A DNA stretch of 64,000 bases from Candidatus Moraniibacteriota bacterium (GTDB lineage: Bacteria > Patescibacteriota > Minisyncoccia > Moranbacterales > UBA1568), in NCBI GenBank assembly GCA_052034975.1, contig JBPOIA010000002.1, positions 3,461 through 67,460 of the forward strand. Reading direction: 5' to 3'. The position numbers were made by a program, and so were the translations under genes. Shown one piece after another: positions 58,441 to 64,000 of the stretch; within the stretch, counting starts at the first letter, position 1, and each line of letters starts with the position of its first letter. The notes beneath the pieces are model-generated. The model ran no database searches, was not told where the DNA came from, and saw only the letters and a program-made list of their open reading frames with translations.

Positions 58441-58530
58441 GGAAGCGTGGCCGAGTGGGCTCGGTGTGAGCAAGCAAGCACCGGGCGGGTTTCGATGGAA
58501 ACCCCGGAAGCACGAGGCCATCAGTTTTTC
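58441..58530 (+). ncRNA. Structured RNA-like element whose first 18 nt duplicate the 5' end of the adjacent tRNA-Ser, with U-run (function unknown)
   Basis: First 18 nt (GGAAGCGTGGCCGAGTGG) identical to tRNA-Ser, then GCCGAG-TGGG-CTCGGT and GGGTTTC-GATG-GAAACCC hairpins closed by GGCC...CACGAGGCC, then ATCAGTTTTT; no matching 3' acceptor strand. Confidence 0.3.
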
Positions 58531-58554
58531 GTATCAGCGTCAGCTGATAATTTT

Positions 58555-58644
58555 GGAAGCGTGGCCGAGTGGTTGAAGGCAGCGGTCTTGAAAACCGTCA
58601 GGCCCGAAAGGGTCTCGGAGGTTCGAATCCTCCCGCTTCCGCCA
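58555..58644 (+). tRNA. tRNA-Ser (anticodon UGA)
   Basis: GGAAGCG-TG-GCC-GAGTGGTTGAA-GGC-A-GCGGT-CTTGAAA-ACCGT-long variable arm-GGAGG-TTCGAAT-CCTCC-CGCTTCC-G-CCA. Confidence 0.88.
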
Positions 58645-58648
58645 AGAA

Positions 58649-59497
58649 TCAATACGTCCGAATGAAGTTTTCGAGAGCGGTCATTAGACGGCGCGTGATT
58701 GGTCCGGGCGTTTTGGATCCGATAGCTGTCTCATCGATTTGCACGACCGGCACGACGCACTTGCTCGACCCGGTAAGAAACACTTCATCCGCCGAAAACA
58801 ATTCTTCGCGACTGATCGGCCGTTTCTGTACGGTTATTCCCTCTTGTTCCGCAAGCTCGATGATACACCCCTGCGTGATGCCCCAGAGCACATTGCCCCA
58901 CGTCGTCGCAAGCGTACCGTCTTTCACAATGAAGAGATTGCTCTGCGACGCTTCCGACACCTTGTCGCCATTTATGTAGATCGTCTCAAATGCGCTCATT
59001 TCGCGCCGCCGCGGCAGATCACGGATCGCGAGCACGTGATTAGCAAGTTTCACCTGTGGAATGGGACGTTCGTATTCAAGTGTGATTACTTTCACTCCAT
59101 CCGTGTAAATACTCGCCGGATACGGATGCGATGCCTCGGCAATGACAAGGAATGTCTCTCTGCCTTCCTCGGGTGTGAAACCGTTTCCACTCGGCCCGCC
59201 GGAAAGTACCGTGCGGAATGAAAACTTCGGAAGACCAACGTTCCGTTCGATGAGTGTAGTAAGGATGCCGCCGTATTCCGCCTCGGTCGCCGGTACGCGC
59301 AGATGGAGCGCCTCGGCCGACCGGCACAAGCGTGCGAAATGCCGCTCCCACAGGAACGCTTTGCCGTTCTCCACCGGCATCACGTCGAACACGGCATATC
59401 CGCGGAGGAATCCCAAATCATACGGATCGATAGAGACGCGTCCGAGCGGAAGGTATTCTCCATTTTTATAACAAACAGGCGAAAACAATTCATTCAT
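58649..59497 (-). CDS. Class IV (fold-type IV) aminotransferase: branched-chain or D-amino-acid aminotransferase family
   Basis: ...RGYAVFDVM..., EVFLTGSSKCVVPV; start at the internal ATG (59497), supported by an upstream TTGAC/TATAAT-like promoter lying inside the longer ORF. Confidence 0.8.
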   Translation of the reverse strand: MNELFSPVCYKNGEYLPLGRVSIDPYDLGFLRGYAVFDVMPVENGKAFLWERHFARLCRSAEALHLRVPATEAEYGGILTTLIERNVGLPKFSFRTVLSGGPSGNGFTPEEGRETFLVIAEASHPYPASIYTDGVKVITLEYERPIPQVKLANHVLAIRDLPRRREMSAFETIYINGDKVSEASQSNLFIVKDGTLATTWGNVLWGITQGCIIELAEQEGITVQKRPISREELFSADEVFLTGSSKCVVPVVQIDETAIGSKTPGPITRRLMTALENFIRTY

Positions 59498-59684
59498 ACT
59501 AAAAATCAGTCTATGGTCTGCTTGTATTATATTGGCTATCGTTTCCTTTGACGAGGCTTCGCTTTCTCGACTTGACTTTTTCCGCATTTTGGAGTATAAT
59601 TGTAAGGTTGTTTCACAGTCGGAAATCGAAAAGTTCCACGATTATGAAACACGTTTTTGCAACTTAAAAAAAGGAGTCATAGAA

Positions 59685-60088
59685 TGAAAGAAAAGGTTTC
59701 ATCCGTTTCACTGGGTGTGAAAACCGAAAACGGTCTCCACTTTCTCTCGATTGCTCTTTCGGAAGGGCCAACCAACCAAGAAGTACAGCAGATCGCGAAT
59801 CTGCTGCAAAAATACTTCGAAGAAGGCGGGCCGTTTCTGATAAGGGAATTCGTGAGGAACGAGATCCAGATCACGCCTTCACTGCGTTCGCGGGAATACT
59901 TCGAAACCCTCGGGAGCGCCGTATACGAGTACCATCAGGTGCTCCGCGTCCTCGGGCTCGCAGGCTTCACCATCACCGTCGACGGCGACATCCTGCCGTT
60001 CGATGACCGGGATCCGCGCCCGGTGGAAGAAATCGCCCGCGAAAACCGCGCGGCGTTCGACACGTGGCGCGGACACGTGCGTCAATAA
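59685..60088 (+). CDS. Hypothetical protein (134 aa)
   Basis: AAGGAG 7 nt upstream of ATG 59685; followed by a strong terminator. Confidence 0.5.
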
Positions 60089-60099
60089 CCTTCTCTCAA

Positions 60100-60146
60100 C
60101 AAGCTCCCCCGAGACAGCGCTCTCTGGGGAGTTTTTCTTTGCTCCA
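60100..60146 (+). terminator. Rho-independent terminator
   Basis: CTCCCCCGAGA...TCTCTGGGGGAG stem followed by TTTTTCTTT. Confidence 0.6.
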
Positions 60147-60231
60147 TAACCGTTCCAAAACCATTGACACCAAAAAGTTTTTCTGTTTGAATCTATGAGT
60201 AGTTTTTTAATAACTAGTGTAGGAGAACCGA

Positions 60232-60684
60232 GTGAGAACCGACACCTTCTCAGTGCGCAGTCGGATCATCAATCCGGCGGCATATCCGCTGTACGCTGAA
60301 TCCTTTACCGCCTATACGGACAAGGATCGGCCGCTATTCGTCGTCGAGATGAGCCGCAAGCCGACTCTCAAGGAACGCGTGAACTTCATCAACGTTTCAG
60401 CCAATTACTGGCGAAATCAGCACAACACAACCGGGATAATCTTCAAGCATTTCTTCCTGGAAACCGTCCTCGTGCTCGGTCCGACATACAAGAACGGCAT
60501 ACCGAGAAAAACTTTTCCGCCGAAGCAGGCACTTTCCGAATTGGCGCAAGGACTCGTGTTCCGGGGCGGCATCTCACTCTCCCGCGCGCGTATCGCAAAC
60601 GGGAACATCTGCCGCTATCGGGAATTCTCACTCTCTTGGCCGGGACTCATTCCGGTCGAAATCCTGATCCCAAACGGCTCTTAG
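60232..60684 (+). CDS. Hypothetical protein (150 aa), GTG start
   Basis: AGGAGA 5 nt upstream of the GTG; no recognised domain. Confidence 0.45.
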   Translation: MRTDTFSVRSRIINPAAYPLYAESFTAYTDKDRPLFVVEMSRKPTLKERVNFINVSANYWRNQHNTTGIIFKHFFLETVLVLGPTYKNGIPRKTFPPKQALSELAQGLVFRGGISLSRARIANGNICRYREFSLSWPGLIPVEILIPNGS

Positions 60685-60852
60685 TCTCTGAGCTCCGCTT
60701 TCGCCCGCCTGCTCCGCTTTTTTTTCATCCTTTTGCAAGAGTGGAGGAAACCGAGGCTGGCACACCCCTCTTCCGTAATATCGGACGGGGGGTTCTTTTT
60801 TCCTGGCGGCGGATTTCCTATATGCTGGTATACTGGAAACATATTTACGCCT

Positions 60853-62937
60853 ATGCTCCTGTTCGACACGCCGCTTGCCGATATCGCGGCCATCAAGAAA
60901 CCGGCGCTCGCAAAGCTTGCGCGACTGGGGATATTCTCCGTCCGCGACCTTTTCTATCATTTCCCCCACCGCTACGAGGATTTTTCCGCAATCCGACCGA
61001 TCAATTCGCTCCTCGCCGACGAGAAATGCACCGTGGCGGGGACGGTGCTTTCGGTCAAGACTGGTCGCTCGTGGAAAAAGAAGATGCTCCTGACCGACGC
61101 TTTGATCGAGGACGCGACTGGTCGCCTCCGCCTCTTGTGGTTCAACCAACGGTTCATCGGCAATATGCTTCGAACCGGTCTGCCGATACGCGCAAGCGGC
61201 AAGGTGGTAAGCGACCGCGAAGGACTCCTGATGCAGAATCCGGCGGTCGAACGTTCCACGCGCGATGCCACCCATACGGCACGACTCGTGCCAATCTATC
61301 CGGAAACCAGTGGCCTCACGTCCAAATTCTTCCGCTGGCAAATCGCCACGCTCTTCAAAAATCTGAAAGACATTCCCGATCCGGTACCGGAAAATATTCT
61401 GAAACGTCTCTCGCTTCCCTCGCTTCGAACAGCGATCGGCTTCATCCATTTCCCAAAAAACGATCGGCAGACACTCCTCGCCCGCAAGCGGTTCGCATTC
61501 GACGAAATGCTCTTCGTCCAACTGAAAGCGCTCCAAGTGAAAGCCCTGTTCGAAGCCGGACGAGCGACCGTTCTGCCTTTTGACGAAACGACCCTCAAAC
61601 GATTCCTCGCGACGTTCCCATTCACGCTCACTGACGCGCAGCGCAAGGCAGGGTACGAAATCTTGCGCGATATGACACGAACACGGCCGATGAACCGACT
61701 CTTAAATGGCGATGTGGGGAGCGGTAAGACGGCCGTCGCCGCGCTCGCCGCTTTCGTCGCAGCAGAACAGGGCGCCCAAACCGCGATTCTCGCCCCAACC
61801 GAAGTCTTGGCTCAACAACATTTCGAAACTCTCTCAAAACTCTTCACCGGCACCGCGCACGGCGTCACGCTTTTCACCGGAAGCTACCGTATCCTCGATG
61901 GAAAAACCGTTACACGCACCACGCTTCTCAAAGCGATCGAGGCTGGTATCCCGCGCATCATCGTCGGCACGCACGCGCTCCTCCAAGATGATGTCTCGTT
62001 CGATCGTCTCGCTCTTATCGTCGTCGACGAACAGCACCGCTTCGGCGTCGCCCAGCGCGCAAAATTGCAGGAAGCGGGTTTCGGAAGCAAAGACAAGACT
62101 CCGGCCGCCGTGCCGCACTTCCTGACAATGACCGCCACGCCCATTCCCCGCACCCTTACACTGGCTTTTTTCGGCAATCTCGACCTCTCACTTCTCAACG
62201 AAATGCCGAAAAGCAGGAAGCCGATCATCACCAAAATCGCCCGCACCGAACGCGATCGCGAACGTATCTATACCTTTATCCGAAGCGAAATCGGGAAGGG
62301 CCGCCAAGCGTTCATCGTTTTTCCGCTGGTCGAAACATCGCTTGCGCTCAAAGATGTGAAAGCTGCCGTCGCCGAACACAAACATTTGGAAGAAACTATT
62401 TTCCCGGGACTCCGTGTCGGACTCATCCACGGAAAAATGAAGTCGCAGGAAAAAGAACGAACAATGGAAGATTTCAAAAAGAAGAACTACGATATCCTCG
62501 TCGCCACCGCCGTCGTGGAAGTCGGTATCGACGTGCCGAACGCGTCGATCATCCTCATCGAAGACGCCGAGCGTTTCGGGCTCGCCCAGCTTCACCAGTT
62601 CCGCGGACGCGTGGGCCGGGGCGAACATCAGTCGTACTGTTTTCTGATGCCTGGGAAAAATTCCAGCGATAACGAACGTCTCCGTGTGCTGGAAAAAAGC
62701 ACCGACGGTTTCGCTATCGCCGAAGCCGATCTCGGCATCCGCGGACCGGGAGCGTTCTTCGGCACGCGCCAGTCCGGTCTCCCCGACATCGCGATGGAAA
62801 ACCTCACCAATATGAAACTTTTGAAAATCTCGCGCGAAGAAGCGCTTGGCATCCTCCGGGCTGATCCTTCGCTCAAACGACACCCTCTCCTCAAACACGC
62901 CCTCACGCGTTTCGAAGAACGGATTCACTTGGAATAA
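60853..62937 (+). CDS. recG: ATP-dependent DNA helicase RecG
   Basis: Wedge/OB domain, then GDVGSGKT Walker A, DEQHRFGV, QxxGRxGR motifs; start at the internal ATG (60853). Confidence 0.9.
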   Translation: MLLFDTPLADIAAIKKPALAKLARLGIFSVRDLFYHFPHRYEDFSAIRPINSLLADEKCTVAGTVLSVKTGRSWKKKMLLTDALIEDATGRLRLLWFNQRFIGNMLRTGLPIRASGKVVSDREGLLMQNPAVERSTRDATHTARLVPIYPETSGLTSKFFRWQIATLFKNLKDIPDPVPENILKRLSLPSLRTAIGFIHFPKNDRQTLLARKRFAFDEMLFVQLKALQVKALFEAGRATVLPFDETTLKRFLATFPFTLTDAQRKAGYEILRDMTRTRPMNRLLNGDVGSGKTAVAALAAFVAAEQGAQTAILAPTEVLAQQHFETLSKLFTGTAHGVTLFTGSYRILDGKTVTRTTLLKAIEAGIPRIIVGTHALLQDDVSFDRLALIVVDEQHRFGVAQRAKLQEAGFGSKDKTPAAVPHFLTMTATPIPRTLTLAFFGNLDLSLLNEMPKSRKPIITKIARTERDRERIYTFIRSEIGKGRQAFIVFPLVETSLALKDVKAAVAEHKHLEETIFPGLRVGLIHGKMKSQEKERTMEDFKKKNYDILVATAVVEVGIDVPNASIILIEDAERFGLAQLHQFRGRVGRGEHQSYCFLMPGKNSSDNERLRVLEKSTDGFAIAEADLGIRGPGAFFGTRQSGLPDIAMENLTNMKLLKISREEALGILRADPSLKRHPLLKHALTRFEERIHLE

Positions 62938-63057
62938 CGGGTGTTTTGACCCCAGGGCAAGCCCTGGACCCAATCCCTCCGCGGCAAGCCGCGGGGTATT
63001 GGACCCGATTTTACCGACGCTCCGCTCGGAAACGAAAGTAAACTTTCGTTTCACTCG

Positions 63058-63600
63058 CTACACTTGGTAATAAGCAGCGAGCGTAAACCGCCAAAGGTAT
63101 TCTTTGCAATGCTTGGCGTAGTCGATACCGATGCGCTTCCCTGCCACGATATGTTTTGGATCTCTTTTCCCACCGCGCTCGATCCAAAGTTTCTCACCGT
63201 GCGTCATATCCCATCCATTGAGTTCTCTCTCTATTTCCAAAAATCGGCACAGCTTGCCAGGACCATTTGTTTTTTTGTGTGGTACGTTTTCGATCTCCAC
63301 CGCACGGATAAGCACCGCTGCGGGAAAACCCTTTTTCTCCGTCACGACATTGAGACAGTGATACATCCCGTAGATCATATAGACGTACGCGTGTCCCGCC
63401 TCGCCGTACATCGTTTCCGTCCGTTTCGTGCGCCCCTTGCTCGCATGGCAGGCCAAATCATCTTCGCCGATATATGCTTCCGTCTCGATGATTCTTGCCC
63501 GAATAATTTTCCGCCCGATTTTCCGCACGAGAAAACAACCAAGCAACCGCTTCGCGACCTCAATCGTATCTTTTCGATAAAAAACTCTCGATAAAAACAT
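63058..63600 (-). CDS. DNA-3-methyladenine glycosylase (AAG/Mpg family)
   Basis: ...IETEAYIGEDDLACHASKGRTKRTETMYGEAGHAYVYMIYGMYHCLNVV...; start at the internal ATG (63600). Confidence 0.8.
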   Translation of the reverse strand: MFLSRVFYRKDTIEVAKRLLGCFLVRKIGRKIIRARIIETEAYIGEDDLACHASKGRTKRTETMYGEAGHAYVYMIYGMYHCLNVVTEKKGFPAAVLIRAVEIENVPHKKTNGPGKLCRFLEIERELNGWDMTHGEKLWIERGGKRDPKHIVAGKRIGIDYAKHCKEYLWRFTLAAYYQV

Positions 63601-63677
63601 ATTTTGACAGATCTTTTGCTTTTCTGCTATTACAGAGAAGCAGTTCTTTTTTACAATTCTCCAAGGAGAAACATACG

Positions 63678-64000
63678 ATGAAAAAACTCCGTGCCAGTTC
63701 ACTCAGTCTGTTTTTCCGGATATACTTCGCGCTGTACAGCTCCCATATCGGCACGAGAGTCCGCCTCTCCTGGCATCGGCTCTATGTCAGGAAAGACGAG
63801 TTCCATCCGTCTCTCCACATAGACATCTTCTCCTTCAAAGTCGAAGATTCCGGAACGTATATGGACGATCTCCTGCGGCGGCGAGACATCGCTCATCGCC
63901 GCGACGCCGGCGAAGAAGTCTTCCCGTACTCCCTCTTCGACGCTATCGTCTTTTCTCTCAGCAAGAGAAGCGTCCGAACATTCAACGAACAGCTCCGTCT
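63678..64000 (+). CDS. Hypothetical protein, N-terminal part; runs off the right window edge
   Basis: AAGGAG 8 nt upstream of ATG 63678; open frame to the window end. Competing short minus-strand ORFs lack an SD. Confidence 0.4.
   Translation, partial: MKKLRASSLSLFFRIYFALYSSHIGTRVRLSWHRLYVRKDEFHPSLHIDIFSFKVEDSGTYMDDLLRRRDIAHRRDAGEEVFPYSLFDAIVFSLSKRSVRTFNEQLR

Noticed and set aside
58441-58530. tRNA-Sec or a second tRNA-Ser
   Set aside because: No complementary 3' acceptor strand and no T-loop consensus; only the first 18 nt are tRNA-like.
58447-58665. 72-aa plus-strand ORF
   Set aside because: It is the tRNA-Ser gene and its upstream structured element read as protein (GSVAEWLKAAVLKT is the tRNA itself).
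60628-61536. 302-aa minus ORF, and also 62188-63054(-)
   Set aside because: Antisense to recG.

Overview
This 64-kb window is high-GC (about 55%) and gene-dense, with mostly short intergenic regions and many 4-nt ATGA stop/start overlaps. It looks like a small, streamlined bacterial genome, possibly CPR/Patescibacteria-like; that is inference from gene content only.

Main contents, in order:
- **1-8 kb:** dnaX, tRNA-Gln, a GtrA-like protein, two DedA/VTT membrane proteins, a PaaK-type adenylating enzyme coupled to an SGNH hydrolase, and cspA.
- **9-20 kb:** an NhaP-type Na+/H+ antiporter; rplL-rplJ, preceded unusually by rpsP; then smc (apparently hinge-less), rnc, nusB, rpmF and rnhB.
- **20-37 kb:** dnaE-miaA; then a long minus-strand block secE-nusG-rplK-rplA followed by a complete dTTP-synthesis cluster (dcd, thyA, folA, an uncharacterised P-loop kinase, tmk, dut) and gatB; then gatA-gatC-ligA.
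- **37-47 kb:** a complete type IV pilus locus: pilM-pilN-pilO-pilB-pilT-pilC, two tandem pilin paralogs, pilD, and three pseudopilins.
- **47-51 kb:** clpC and comFC.
- **50.6-56.6 kb:** a compositionally distinct AT-rich island, the most unusual stretch. It holds a sensor-like protein with no output domain, a Cys-containing secreted protein, and a GC-rich gene remnant. It also carries a truncated C5 cytosine methyltransferase that is in-frame with an HNH nuclease, a second HNH-domain fragment, an odd type II tRNA-like gene, and a free-standing LAGLIDADG homing endonuclease.
- **56.6-64 kb:** an RRM RNA-binding protein, two tandem tRNA-Arg genes, tRNA-Ser preceded by a structured duplicate of its 5' end, a class IV aminotransferase, recG, and a 3-methyladenine glycosylase.

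No CRISPR array was found. Coordinates I derived by hand (internal starts, tRNAs, terminators) may be off by 1-2 nt; the printed numbering disagreed by one base with the supplied ORF track in at least two places (near 11.8 kb and 52.8 kb).
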